Assembly: GCA_028023455.1 (NCBI GenBank)
Contig: JAQFVV010000005.1
Coordinates: 20,336,001 to 20,400,000, forward strand
Origin: Epiperipatus broadwayi
Taxonomy: Eukaryota > Animalia > Onychophora
Reading direction: 5' to 3'
DNA length: 64,000 nt
Shown here: positions 31,790 to 45,094 of the stretch, piece by piece
How the letters are laid out: each line of letters begins with the position of its first letter
Numbering within the stretch: the first letter of the stretch is position 1
Program-made: the position numbers and the translations under genes
The notes under the pieces: model-generated
What the model was told of the DNA's origin: nothing
The model's database searches: none
What the model saw: only the letters and a program-made list of their open reading frames with translations

Positions 31790-34375
31790 AAAAATCAGAG
31801 TTAGTAAAAGTGGAAAAGAAAGGAAAAAAGCATGCAGAGAATATAAGTGTTCTATTAAGAACAAAGAGAGTGAAAAAGATATTAATGCTAAATGGGAAAA
31901 GTACTTAGAAAAGAAGAAGTTAGCTAAAATAGATAATTATAAAGAGAGGAATTGAATAGGAAATTGTTGGAGGATATTAATAAAAGTGGAAAAAGATGGG
32001 AGTAAAAAATTTTGGAATTACATTAAAAGAAGAAATGTACAAGGGAAAGAGATAGTATTACTAGATGATGAGGGAATAGAGTGTAGCTCTAGAGAAGAAT
32101 TAGAGAGAATTTTGAATAAATATGTAATGGATATAGAAAAGATGTTAGATGTGAAGGACAAGGGGATAGAAAATATGAAAGCATATACTAATGGAAATAT
32201 TAGGTTTACAGAAAATGAACTGAATGAGGCAGGAATTAAATTGAAAATTGGAAAGGCAAGAGGTTTAGATGGATGGGCAGCAGAGATGGTAATGAATTTA
32301 GGGCATAGGGCAAAAGTAAAGCTATTATCATTGTTTAATAAGATGGCACAGAAGAGAGTTTTTCCGGATAGTTGGAGTAATACAAGAGTAAGATTATTAT
32401 TTAAAGAAAAGGGTAAGGATCATAGAAAGTTAAATAATTATGAACCGATAGCGGTAACATCAGTTTTATATAAAAAAATTTTATATATGGTGGCTGGAAA
32501 AGTTGCAAAATGGATGGAAGAGAATAGTGTAGTGGGGGAAATGCAAGGAGGTTTTAGGTCAGATAGGCATATAGGAGATAGTTTATTTGTAGTTACACAA
32601 CTTATGAATATGAGTTGGAAATCAGGTAGACAGTTACATATGAGTTTTATAGATATAGAGAAGGTATATGATAGAGTAAATAGAAATAGATTATGGGTAA
32701 GTTTAGAAAATTTGGAAATGGATGAAGCCTTAGTGGATATTATTAAGAGATTATAGAGAAGGTATATGATAGAGTAAATAGAAATAGATTATGGGTTAGT
32801 TTAGAAAATTTGGAAATGGATGAAGCCTTAGTGGATATTATTAAGAGATTATATGAAAATAATTATTATGCATATCAATTAGGGGATATAGAATCAGTTA
32901 AACTTAAAAATGGGGTGGGACTAAGGAAAGGATGCCCTATGTTACCTACTTTGTTTTTGTTGTATTTGAGTGAAGTGGAGAGAGCATTAGAAAGACTAGG
33001 AAGAAGGATAGAGATACTGTTAATAAATGGCAAGGGAATATATACTTAGTTGGAACTTTTTTTGCAGATGACCTCTTTTTGTGTGCAGAAAAAAAAGAAG
33101 ATATGGAAGTTATGCTGAGGACATGCACAAGGGTGGGTAAAAAGATGGGGATTAAATTTAGTGAAGAAAAATCGAATATAATGATGGTTAATACTGGGAA
33201 AAGAGAAGACGAAGAATTTTTATTGGGGGATATGAAGTTAAGTGTGGTGAATAGATATAGTTATTTGGGAATCATTTTAAGTAATCAGAAAAATTGCTTG
33301 GATGAATGGGAGAAAAAATTGATAAATGAAGCAAAGAAAAAAAAGGGATTGATAAAGAAATTAACATTATTTTCTTATAATAAATATGATGTAGTTAGAA
33401 TTGTATGGAAGGGAGTTGCAGTAGCAGGGTTAACATATGGCAATGGTGTGTTGTGTGTTAGTAAAGGGGTATTAGATTACTTAAAAAAAGTACAAAGGGA
33501 AGTAGGAAGACATGCATTAGATGCAGATGTCAGGGCAGCAAAGGAGGCAATTCAAGAAGAAATGAGATGGTCATGTTTTTATATGAGAGATGTAGAAAGC
33601 AAAATGAAAATTTTTGGTAGATTGCAGTTTAAGGATAATAAAAGAGTAGCCAAAATAGTATTTAATTGGGTTACGAGTAAAGGGCAAGCAACAAGATGGG
33701 GAGAAAGGTAATGTGGTATGCAGAAAATTTGGATAAAGAATTTATATCAGTATATTTGTGTTAGAAGGATTGTTGAGTGTTATAGTGATAAATAATAGGA
33801 TAGAAGAATAGATGCATTAATAAAGAATAGGAAGTTGGAGAGATGGAGAACTAGTATGGAGAGTAAAAAGAGTTTAAATATATATAGAAGTAAATGGAAC
33901 ATTGTGAGCGAGTTAATTTATGATAATAGTAAGAAAAGTAGTTTATTGTTTAAGGCTCAAATGAGATCTTTAGCAACAAGGGAATACATATGTAAATGGA
34001 AAAATATGGGTGATGTAGTCTGCAAGTTTTGTAAGGAAGGCATAGAAAATATTAGGCATCTGTTAATTCAATGTAAATGCTTGGAAGCAGAAAGGGTACA
34101 AATAATGAAATTTATGGAAGAATAAATATGAACAAAGTGATTATACAGAAAATGGGTTATTGGTTTTTATGCTGGGTTTGGGAAAAGATAAAGGGGGATT
34201 TATATATGAAGGCCTTGGAGTTGACAAAGATTATGTTGTGGAAATGGGATGGAGCAGATTATGGGAAAACAGAGTGGGAAATGGAAGGTAAAATGGTTAA
34301 CAGGTTTCTCTGGGTATAGTTGTTGAGCGATTCCTGGCTCCGTATAAGGGAAAGTCACAGTGCATCACATCACAT
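31790..34375 (+). pseudogene. 5'-truncated, decayed non-LTR retrotransposon ORF2 (RT + C-terminal zinc finger); clade not determined
   Basis: ORF pieces 31986-32756, 32810-33049, 33079-33711 and 33835-34125 carry QGGFR, FIDIEKVYDRV, GLRKGCP, FADD and CKFC..E...H.L..C. (CATCA)n-like tail near 34360; 98-bp internal tandem duplication. Confidence 0.9.
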
Positions 34376-34737
34376 GATTAATTATTAAGTAGTCTTTATT
34401 CAAGCATTATACAAAATGCAGTAACCAGTTTAATCACATTATGATACTAAATGTAAACCATCTTGCATATTTGTGTATATTCCCATGTATATACTTCATT
34501 TACTATTTAATTCCTTTTTTTAAATGGTGAAGAAACTCTGAAGAAGATTGTTGGACAATCAAAAGTGTCAGCTATTTTTGGAAATTTGGATATAACATTG
34601 TATTTGTATTTGCCTTCTATGGAGTGTGAAGAAGAGTGTATTAGTATTGTTTGTTTATATTACTGCATATTTTAATGACTTCAGAATTGTCCAGAAACAT
34701 GCACAAGTATTTCAATGTCCTTTTAACTAAATTCATA

Positions 34738-35280
34738 TTGAAATATGAATTTTTTCTACAGTACAGGCTTTTTCATACCTGCACTTCTATATTTAATATA
34801 TAGGGGGTTTGAACTCAGACTTTCAGACGACCCTCAACCATCCATGCTATCTCATACCGCTGATACCCTTGATCACACACATGTCAAAAAGATAAATAAG
34901 CACCAATACATGTCAAAAAGAAATAATCACCAATATTCGTATTTCATGCTAAAACAGCAATCATCAGTTTGTCCAGATTATCATCTCCACACACATATAC
35001 AATCAAAGCTTAGCTTATATTAAGATATCCAATCTTCATAATTTCATGGACAGGCTTCAAACCACTCAACCCAACAACTCTTCAGCTGTTCATTTTATTG
35101 AAAATCTGGTGATGGAATGTTCAAAGCTTACCTTAGTGCCAACCTTCTCATCCTACCATGTTGACCACAAGTCACCCTGACCCCTCATGTACAAGACATA
35201 ATCCATTTACATACATATACAAGGGGTGGGAAAACCTTAAAACACTATATTTTGAAATATGAATTTTTTCTACAGTACTG
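34738..35280 (-). mobile_element. Family-A monomer with 27-bp terminal redundancy and near-intact hammerhead
   Basis: TTGAAATATGAATTTTTTCTACAGTAC at 34738 and 35252 (~514-bp period). The minus strand near 34930-34972 reads CTGATGA-TTGCT-GTTTT-AGCAT-GAAA-TACGAA-TA-TTGG. Confidence 0.8.
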
Positions 35281-36719
35281 GCATAAAAGTTAGGGAAATT
35301 TCAACATTTGTTGAAGTCTAGTAAATAAATCAAGATTCTTGCTGGCTTTCTTAAAGACCTACAGAGGTCCCTAGTGACGATTTTTTCAGATGCTCATTGC
35401 TAAGGTTTACAGCCTTGTTAAAACTATTAAAGAGACAAGTTAAATATCACTACTATCTATCAAATAAGATTACCATAATTACTATAACAACAACATTATG
35501 GGTTTTAGTTATCTTCCTGGTTTACTTTCAGATTTTTGAGATTCAACTACAAAAAATAATTGACTCATAGTAAATATGGCAGTCTTATCAACAAGTATTT
35601 TTATCATCTCTTGTTTCTACAATATGTCTTCTGCTCATTTGTTGAACTCCTGAGTATCCTCTTTCTTTAAGATTATTTATCAGTTTCTTTGTTTCACTAT
35701 CTACGACTCCCTATAATTTCATAATTTCTCTGTCATTAAAAAATATGTTCAATTCAATTTCTTTCTTAATTTTTTTAAATGAATTTTTTAAAAAATCTTT
35801 TATGTTTGCTATTTATAATTTTGTATGCCGAATAATTATAAAAACTCTTTTGTAATAATATTTGATTTGAAAGAAAACTGAAAAAAAATTACCATAAAGG
35901 TACGGAACTGATGCTGAAAATAATAAAATCAAAATTATTAGCACTGTGAGAGAGCAACTGCATGGTTAGAACACATGGAGACAATTCTGAAAAGAAAATC
36001 CACAATGGATTAAATAATAGGCCAGAAGAGCTTTTTTTTAAGTTACTTGGTGAGGCCAAAGACTACAATTGGCAAGTATGCCAGCACTGGTTAGCCAGTC
36101 AGACATGGGACCAACTGGAAATCTGAAGATCAAAACACTTAGGTACTTATCATACTGTCATGGTGAAATTAACTAACTGGACATAATGACTCCTATGCAG
36201 TCTAAAAGTTGTCACATTAATATAATCCAGTCCTTTCCATTTAATTGTTATTGTTAAAACTCTGAATTTGGTGGGCAACTAATTGACCCAAATAATTCCT
36301 AAGTAGCTTATTTTTATGTAATTTTTTTTTTTACCATTAGTTTTCTTATTTATTGTTTTCATTGTAGAGCCACTACACATTGTAAGCATGTAACATGTAA
36401 TAAGAAAGATGTTAAATGATATCCATATGTATCTTCTTAAGGTGTGAATAAAGTTGTTATTTGAAACTAAAATATATAGAATTATTAATGAATCAAAATA
36501 TACCTTCATTTTCAATATCTACCCTACTAATTCTTCTCATTTTTCTATATCAAAAACCTTCAAATTGTTTTGCTTCTTTTAATTATAAACATTTGCACTA
36601 CACAAAGCTATAACCCAAGTAAAATATTTCTGGAATCCCTTTTCTTAAGTTTAATTTTAATAATTCCCAAATTTTCCTATTTAACGAACTATATTATTTA
36701 TATTTATGTTGGGAGTAAC

Positions 36720-37020
36720 AAGAAGAGATCGAAAACGCAATGTATGGGTAAGAGAACAAACAGGTGGTACTAACCTCATTGAAAAAATTAAAAGATTGAA
36801 GTGAAGTTGGGATGGATATATTGCTAGAAGAGATGATAATAGATGGACAATTGAAATCTTAAACCGGATTCCAAGAGATTGTAAAAGACCCAGAAAGAGA
36901 CCACATGTGAGATGGATGGAGGGGTGATGTGGAGAAGAGAAGCTAAAGATCGGAGAAGATGGATTGAACTCGGAGAGACCTTCATCCTGCAGTGGATTAA
37001 TAATGGTTGATGATGATGGC
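36720..37020 (+). pseudogene. RTE-type LINE 3' end
   Basis: RDRKRNVWVREQT...KRLK*SWDGYIARRDDNRWT..IL..IPRDCKRPRKRP..RW...WRREAKDRRRW..LGETFILQW, ending in (GAT)n. Confidence 0.85.
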
Positions 37021-37599
37021 TATTATTATTTAAAAAACGCGAAAACGAATGTTTATTTTCTGTAAAAAGCTTTTATAATAATAAAAATGATTTGACTTTG
37101 ACATACTAGCTTTAAAATTTGTTTTGTTATTGAAGCAATATTTATATTACGATCTTTATGTTTTCTATAGACTAAATCCCCCTTCCCTCTTCACAGTAAT
37201 CTAGCAAAAAAAAAAAAAAAAAAATGTATATAGTTTGGAAATAAAATTATTCTGTCTGAAATTTTATATCCATTTTGATTTATTACCACATTTCTGAGTA
37301 TTAGAAACTCAATCAGGATTTATTGTTTTTATAATGCGTTTTTTTTAATGTGATTCTTTTAAATAAATTAAATTATTCGCAGATAATTTCCATTAATTGA
37401 AAATGATTACCAATAAACATATAATCGAATGATTAGTTTTCTACTAGGTCATGTGACAGGTTAAGCTTTGATCCAGAAAAAATCTCTAGTCTATTGATTC
37501 TACCACTGCATTAAAACACACAAGCGATTATTATTTGTAATTTAATAAAACATGTCCAATATTTACTATATAGTAATAATAATCAACAATGTAACATGG

Positions 37600-37920
37600 A
37601 AGGATGTAAGTTGGAAGTTAATAAGGAGGGATCGAATTCAAAATATTTGGGTGTAAAACAAACAGATATCTTTGACATCACTGAAATAATTGAAAGGCTG
37701 AAATGGGGTCTGGGCCGCACATATTGCTAAAATAGATAATAGTAGATGATCAAATGAAGATGTGATATTTTAGAAGACCTAGAAAAAGACCATATGTGAG
37801 ATAAATAAAGTTTGCTGGAGTGATATGAAGAAGAGAAACTATGAATTGGAGAAAGTAGATTAAAGTTGAAGAGATATCCGTTCTGCAGTGAAATGATAAT
37901 CATGGAAAATGATGATAATG
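37600..37920 (+). pseudogene. Older RTE-type LINE 3' fragment
   Basis: Diverged match to 36720-37020 (…GCACATATTGCTA…GATAATAGTAGATG…GACC.AGAAAA.GACCA…CTGCAGTG…GATGAT). Confidence 0.65.
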
Positions 37921-38834
37921 ATGAATAATCACATGATTAACTGCTAAATGTTCATGTGATGTTAAATCATTTTGGTGGTAGATTCACCAGTTATATCTTG
38001 ATAACCTGAATGGAGTTTTCTTTATATAAAAAAAATAAAATCATTCAAGTGAGACATGATCTTAGATCTTTTAACTCTGAATCTAACACTGTACCATAGT
38101 ATTAAATTGTGCTGTGACAATATTTACATCAAATATGATTCCATGAAACAAATAATGATTCATGCTAATTATACAAATAGTATTTTTCTAAAATTTACTA
38201 TTTTTTAAAAAATTTCTCAATTGCTCATTCATTGATTGATGAAGAATTGATCATCTTATTTTTAGTTGATCTCTTCCTTTGCCATCAACTTTTGTGAGCA
38301 TTATGTTTTTAAGTCACAAATTTGTTTTGCATCTAGAAATGTTAGGTGATTGTTTTAAATGCAAGATTCTTAAGAGTTTCAGGATCAGAAAAAAATAATA
38401 ATAGTAAGCTATTCCCAATGTCCAATCAAGTGTTTTGCTGTTGCTTGATACCAACCTCTTCGCAAAACTAACAAATTTGATTTTCAGCAGATCTCTTAAT
38501 ATTCATTTAAGTGTTAAATGGAAAGCAATGGCAAAACATCATTGCTAACCATAAAATAATTTAGTGAATGACCATTGATGTATGGCCAAAAAGCATTTTA
38601 GAATCAAGGAAACAACTTTATTCATATCATGTAATGGGTCATAGGTAAAATAAAAGTAGAAACTAATAGTAAACTTTCAACAATAAAGATTCAATTGTAA
38701 GAAGACTATTGTGCATCAATCAATCAGCTTTTTAGCAGATCATTCAGCATTCATACAAGTATTAGATAGTGAATAGGCAAGAAACAATAACTGTGAATGT
38801 TTTTCTAAATGTTTGTGATGATAATATTTTAGTT

Positions 38835-39285
38835 GTATTCATATTTTCAACTATTTCCATCATCTTAATGTCTTTAGAAAAATTTAAATATTCTAAATAC
38901 ATTCAACTGTTAGTAATATCACACAACTTAGTATATTCACAATGTTTCAAGAAGTATTCTTCTTCTCTCTTCTTCAGGTATTGCTGACCTGACATATAGA
39001 TTCTAGAATATTACATTTTAAGGTAAGGCTCAGTTGGTTAGAGCATTAGCTTAAAAATTCAATATTCTAGAATCTAAGGGTTCAGGCTCGATTCCCATGC
39101 TAGTACTGTCACTGGTCAGGCCAGCAACACATGAAGAAGAGAGAATAATATCTCTTGAAATGTTGTGCATATACTACCCTGTGTATTATTACTAACAATT
39201 GAATATATTGGGAATATTTAAATAAAGTTACATTTTCTAAAGACATTCAATAGTTATATTAGATGATGAAAATAGTCCATTATAT
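38835..39285 (+). mobile_element. Family-D: tRNA-head + hammerhead-like SINE with inverted 3' arm
   Basis: A box-like GGCTCAGTTGG (~39027), B box-like GGCTCGATTCC (39085), then (A)TGAAGA-A-GAGAG-loop-CTCTT-GAAA (39131-39160). 38835-38990 is an inverted copy of the 3' half, with a second core CTGAAGA...GAAAC on the minus strand (38977-38944). Confidence 0.75.
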
Positions 39286-39359
39286 ATATTCAACAACTTT
39301 GAATGATCAATAATTTATATTATTTGATTATATGTTATTTTAAATACCAGTGTAATATA

Positions 39360-40285
39360 TATACTTAAGTTAGATGTAATTAAAGGGGATTTGAACCCAG
39401 ACTTTCAAGCTCTCTTTAGTCATCTATTCTATCATATACAACCAATACACATTACCACATAATTTGTAAAGATAAATAATCTCAAGTACATGTATTTTGT
39501 GCTGAACCAGCACTCATAATTGGTCCACAGCATTATCTCCCACATATAAACATAATCAGTGCTTGATTTATATTAAGATAAAAAAATCTTCAAACTTTAG
39601 TGGACAGGCTTCAATTTTCTCCACTCTTTAACTTTTCAGCCATCCACATCATGAAAATCTGATGATGGCATGTACAAAGCTCTTGTTTGCAATTTTGTTG
39701 TCATACCCATGTTGACTATAAGTCATTCTGACTCCTCATATGTAGGTCCTTAAGACCATTTAATTACACAGAGGAAAGACAGGCAGATTACAGGCTGAAT
39801 CTGAAATATTTTAAATACAAGTATAGTATATAAACTTAAGCTAGATGTAACTAGAAGGGATTTGAACCCAAACTTTCAAGTTCCCTTTAGACATTCATTT
39901 CTCTTACACAACCAATACACATGACCACATAAATGTGAGGGATCAGAATTACTTATGGTCAACATGAGTATGACAACAAAATTGGCGAACAAGGGCTCTG
40001 AACATGCTATTATCAGATTTGCAATGATATGGATGACTGAAGAGTTGGAGAATGGAGAAGATTGAACCCTGCCCGTTAAAATTTGAAGATTTTCTATCTC
40101 AATACAAACTGGGCACTGATTATATATATATATATATATGGGAGATGATGATCCAAACCAATTGATGAGTGCTGGTTCAGCATGGAGTATGTATATTTTA
40201 CATGTGGTCATGTGCATTGGTTGTATAAGATGGAATGGATGACTGAAGAGAAAGTCTGGGTTCAAATCCCCTCTAATTACTTGAT
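39360..40285. mobile_element. Family-A slightly-more-than-monomer followed by an inverted copy
   Basis: Unit start ACTTAAG.TAGATGTAA..A.A.GGGATTTGAACCC at about 39363 and 39835 (~470-bp period). About 39935-40285 is the same family inverted. Degenerate hammerheads at about 39490 (-) and 40155 (+). Confidence 0.8.
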
Positions 40286-41744
40286 TATAGCAATTGCAAT
40301 GAGGCTAGTTTGAATCAATAAACCTGTATTATATCAGAAGATTGAAATAATACCGATTTTATTAATATAAACTAATATCTATATAAACAGATGTTTACTT
40401 CTATTCATTTGAAAATCTTCAGTCAATTTAACACATTTATAAAAGCAGGGCTTATTTCGACAAACGTTGTTGAGGACAGGCAAAGGTTTATAAAAAATAT
40501 AAAAATACTACGTAATAACTTAGTTATGTTATTATTTCTACTTAATAGCTTGATAGTTATGGAATTTTATTGTAAATTGCAATTTTTTAAAGATAAAATT
40601 TTTATTTTTTACAAATTAAAAGCATCTTGATTTTCAGATATAGTTATTTACAAGCGATTGGTATTTAATGTTTATATTTGCTTTAAAAAAGTAAATTTAC
40701 TTTGTGGGAGAGGGGATTTTATTAAGGGAACAAGATAATTTTAATATCATTTCATTTTTGGCATATTAAAAGTAATTTTCATGGGGAAAAATGAGTGAAG
40801 CTCAGAGACTAAGTAAGATGAAGATAGATGTCATTACTATACTCTAAAAATAATTAGAAAGCAAGAATTGCAGCACCAGATTTAACACATGGGAAACCTT
40901 TACCCAATTCTTGTGGCTATGATAGTGCTTGGCAAGGAATAGTTTTATAGAAGCTTACTAGGCCAGATTTATAGCACATGTGACCATGAACAGTTGATCT
41001 GCACAATCAGTTTTCTTCTTGTAAGACTTGTTCTTTTAAGTTATTAGTTTCCTTTTGATATAATTCAATTATCTTTTGAAGCAGCTCTTTTTTTATTGAT
41101 GATGGCAATTGTAAACATGGCCACCATTCCCAGAGATACTATTATTTTCGTGGGCACTACCCACCATTTTTGTAACCTTTATTTTTCAACTAATATGAAG
41201 GAACTGATTTGAAATAGCTAACTATTAATTTACCCTAATATAATAGGAATTTACAGTGGAAAATTGAATTAAGAGGTATTCCTGATGATTTATGCAATTT
41301 TAATAAATCAGTAATTAAATTATGATTTATCTAATATGTAATGTTGATAATTCACAAGTAATTACAATAATTCACAAATAAGATTATTAAACAATCATTC
41401 AAATAACATTCATTTTCTTATATTAATACTAATCTATTCATCACTAGATTATCATTGAAATAAAAAAGTGGGTGTCATTTGCAAGTTTATTTGGTACTCA
41501 TACTTATGACAATCCATCCCACTTGATGGCGTTGTTCCTCCATACCATTTATTTAAATGATTCTTTGGGAATCTGACATTTGTATTATCATATTACCATT
41601 TTCAGACTTAGTTCTTCTGTAAATAGATTTCTGATTTATGTATTGATGACAAATAAATATCAATTATTCATGTTAAATATTCTATACGCAAATCTACTGC
41701 ATTATATGTCCTAAAAATTCCAAAGAGGAAAAATCATAATTTAA

Positions 41745-42110
41745 ATGTTGGATATGAGAAAATCAAAGCAATTCACAAAGTGATTGATTGGTCAGTTTTT
41801 TATATGAGGAATGCATAAAGCAAATTGAGAAGGTTTGGTAAATTGCAGTTTGTAGACAGTGTCAGAAATACTAAAACAGTTTTAATTGAGTTTAGAAAAA
41901 GAATAAGCAACAAGCAAGATGATGAAGAATAACTGAACCAATCCAGATATTACATTTCTTCAGGAAAAGTAGAATGAATGTGCTGTGAGAATTATTAATC
42001 ATAACAATAGTAATGATTGGGTCAAAAGAAGAGTTCCATTAATAAAATATCAAGAGTCAGGGAGATGGAGAGCATATATAAAATATAAAAGAAGAATGAT
42101 ATCTGGTAAA
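41745..42110 (+). pseudogene. Fragment related to the 31.8-34.4-kb LINE (C-terminal part)
   Basis: W..FYMRNA.SK...FGKLQF.D...TVFN, similar to 33560-33900. Confidence 0.6.
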
Positions 42111-42307
42111 ATGAAATTACACACATAAAAGGTAGTTTTTAAAATAATATTTAACTTTATTGCTGCCTAACATGCTTTCAATATATTTTTACTGTATCTT
42201 ATTCATGGCATATAGTAAAAATATATTGAAAGCATATGAGGCAGTAATAAAGCTGAATATTATTTAAAAGACTACCTTTTCTATGTGTATTTTTATTTTA
42301 TCAGATA
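42100..42307. repeat. ~100-bp-arm inverted repeat
   Basis: AAAAGGTAGT..TAAAATAATATT..CTTTATTGCTGCCT..ATGCTTTCAATATATTTTTACT is mirrored around ~42210. Confidence 0.8.
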
Positions 42308-44436
42308 CTACATTGGCTCAGAAAAGAAGAAAATTAGTAATAAGTGAATTACAAAAGGAGAATGAATATATATGAAGAAATAAGCCGATTATTAGAGTGA
42401 ATAAGAAAAGCAATCTATTCTCAAACATTTGCCACAATTATTTAATGATAAAAGATAATTTTATGAAAATATGACAGAATAAATAAATTGGAATTTTAGA
42501 CACTATGATGATGGAATATAAATAAAGAGAATATATAATGGATATTATGTTTCTTTGGGTCTATTGGCTCAAAGAGATATTTGTCTCAGATAACAGACAA
42601 GCCACATATCATCAAATAAATAATTTATATGTGGATGGTAATGTTAATAATTTAATTATTCTAACATAATAGAAATAGACGGGAATGATCTCTCTATATA
42701 CTGTAGTCACTTTTGCATTAGTGATCTCTAAATAATTACAGACTGTTTACAATTAGATGAGGAATATTAAAAGATAAGGTTACAAGTGTTAATGTATACC
42801 TTTTCATAATGTCATCTTGATTTATTGCAAGGGTCATACACTTTGTCTTCTACTTCATCTTGCAATACTTTTTCAAAACACCTTCATGCCTTGATACAAT
42901 GCTCTCCACGTAGATTAATTCTCATGATAGTTTTTCCAGTTAGAATAATGAAATCTTTCAGAAATATCTTCAAGTTGTCTCTGTGTCTTAGTTTTGATTT
43001 AGTACTCTATTTTTTTCAGAATTCATCAAAAAGTACATATAAAAATGGATATATTATTTATTCTTTTAAAACTTTTTAATGATCTCTACTATAGACTATT
43101 GGTCAGTAATGTATCCCTATATTTGTTATCTTTGGCCTTAATTTGATTTTCATGATTTAAAAAAAACCCCACTTATCTTTTCCTACAGCATCTTAATTAA
43201 TCCAAAGATGCTGATCTTGGTCTTAGGAATTGACTATAATTTTTTTATAAATGCATTTGCTGATTTTCTCAGTCTCACATTAAAAAGCATGTGACATTTA
43301 ATCACTGAAGAGTTGTACAATTTTACAACAGTGACAGCTAATGGTGGTCTCATGATATCCCAAAACATTTATTGATACTAAAAAATTGTTAGAAAAAATA
43401 GTTCACTTAGTATTCATTATGTTAATCTACTAAAATGTAATATGATCAGCATTTCTTTGTGTTTGGCAAGCTCTTAAAGCAGTAACTAGTATGGGAATGT
43501 TGCTTTTGTTTGATTGATATTCTGCCTTTTAGTTGCTCCACTGAATTATTAATGGTGATAAAGAAACACCATCATTTAATTACATATAATTTAAAAGCTA
43601 AGATGAATTAGTTATTGATTTGAAAGATGTTTAGCTTGAAGTGCATTAACATGATATGTCCCATTAGATTTAGCATTCAATATCATATTTGTCTATTTCA
43701 CAATATAAAAACCAATTTCTGCTTCATTAAATACAATGTTTCTTTTGTGTAAAAATTATATTAATAAACTAAAATGCTTATTTCAGAATCCACTCTGTAA
43801 CTCAGAAAGTATATATTCAGTGAGCTTATATTTGCATTTTAGAATAAATATGTCAAAGCTTTGCCTGAAATCATTTAATTGTCTAAACATTATGTATGCT
43901 TTGAAATATCTTATCACTGGTTAAGAATTAAATAAATACATATGGGTGAGTCTTCATTAATCTTGAAATATCATTTTTAAAACATTTCAACAATATGGCT
44001 ATCAGATAATGGAGACATCATTTTATCACAGACATTTATTTATGGCTGTTTAGTAATAGGCTTGCAATGTAGATTATATGAAATGAGTGATCTATGGATT
44101 GCTCATATTTTTATATGTTCCCTAACATCAATAGCAATTTGAATCATAGGCTGTACATTTACAGAACATTGCTCATTTCTTAATTTTTTAACTATTACTT
44201 AGCCAATTCTATACTACTACAGAGTGATTCTGATGGGCAATTTTTTTCAATACATTTGAACTCTTTGTACAGCAACATTATATTCCAATAGAATGGCAAT
44301 TTTATATTTTAGTTTTTACCCATAGATATTAGGAGTTATCAGCAAAAAAGACAGATTAAGTTGTAGAACTCAAATTAGAATAAACCATCAACACTCATTC
44401 ACATTGTAAGTGTAAAGCAGAAAGATTTGTTACGGT

Positions 44437-45094
44437 TGTAATTTTATATTGGACTATTTCCATCATCTAATATGTGTGTTAAATGTCTTTAAAAAGTTTA
44501 ATTTTATTTAAATATTCCAAATGCATTCATCTGTTAGTAATATCACAGCAAACAGGTTAGTATATGCACCAACTGTTAGTAATATCACAGCAAACAGGTT
44601 AGTATATGCACCAACTGTTAGTAATATCACAGCAAACAGCTTAGTATATGCACAATGTTTCAAGAGGTATTTCTCTCCTGTCTTCTTCAGGTGTTGCTGG
44701 CCTGACCAGTGACAGTATTAGCATGGGATTCGAACCTGGGTCTTTAGATTCTTGATTATTGAAATTTTAAGGTAATGCTCTAACCAACTGAGCCATCCTG
44801 CCAAAGGTAACAGTATGTAGTAATTTCATATACAACCTGTTTGCTGTGATATTACTAACAGCTAGAGCATATACTAACCTGTTTGCTGTGATATTACTAA
44901 CAGTTGTTTGCTGTGATATTATTAACGGAGCATATACTATCCTGTTTGCTGTGATATTACTAACAGTTGAATGCATTTGGAATATTTAAATAAAATTAAA
45001 CTTTTCTAAAGACATTCAACACACATATTAGATGATGGAAATAGTCCAATATAAAAATACAGCTAGAACACCATCATCACAAACCTTCAGAAAA
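44437..45094 (-). mobile_element. Family-D tRNA-head + hammerhead-like SINE inside a fold-back, with 10-bp TSD and 42-bp tandem repeats
   Basis: Minus strand: GGCAGGA-TGGCTCAGTTGG (44795-44784)...GGTTCGAATCC (44736-44726)...CTGAAGA (44690-44684)-A-GACAGG-loop-CCTCTT-GAAAC. Inverted arms at about 44440-44650 and 44835-45060. TTGTTACGGT at 44427-44436 and 45095-45104. Three 42-bp repeats from 44531. Confidence 0.8.

Noticed and set aside
35300-35760. Minus-strand relic next to a Family-A copy as the Penelope ORF of that repeat
   Set aside because: The translation has both PLE-like (LKERGY) and APE-like hints with many stops; the class cannot be decided.
40980-41170. Minus-strand peptide …KELLQKIIELYQKETNNLKEQV resembling bacterial regulator tails
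   Set aside because: A short generic coiled-coil with a frameshift; insufficient to claim lateral transfer.
44521-44976. 42-bp direct repeats and the ORFs 44521-44712 and 44767-44976 (repeating VSNITANRLVYAPT)
   Set aside because: The repeats are contiguous with no unique spacers, there are no cas genes and the context is eukaryotic, so this is not CRISPR. The ORFs are translations of the Family-D tandem repeat.
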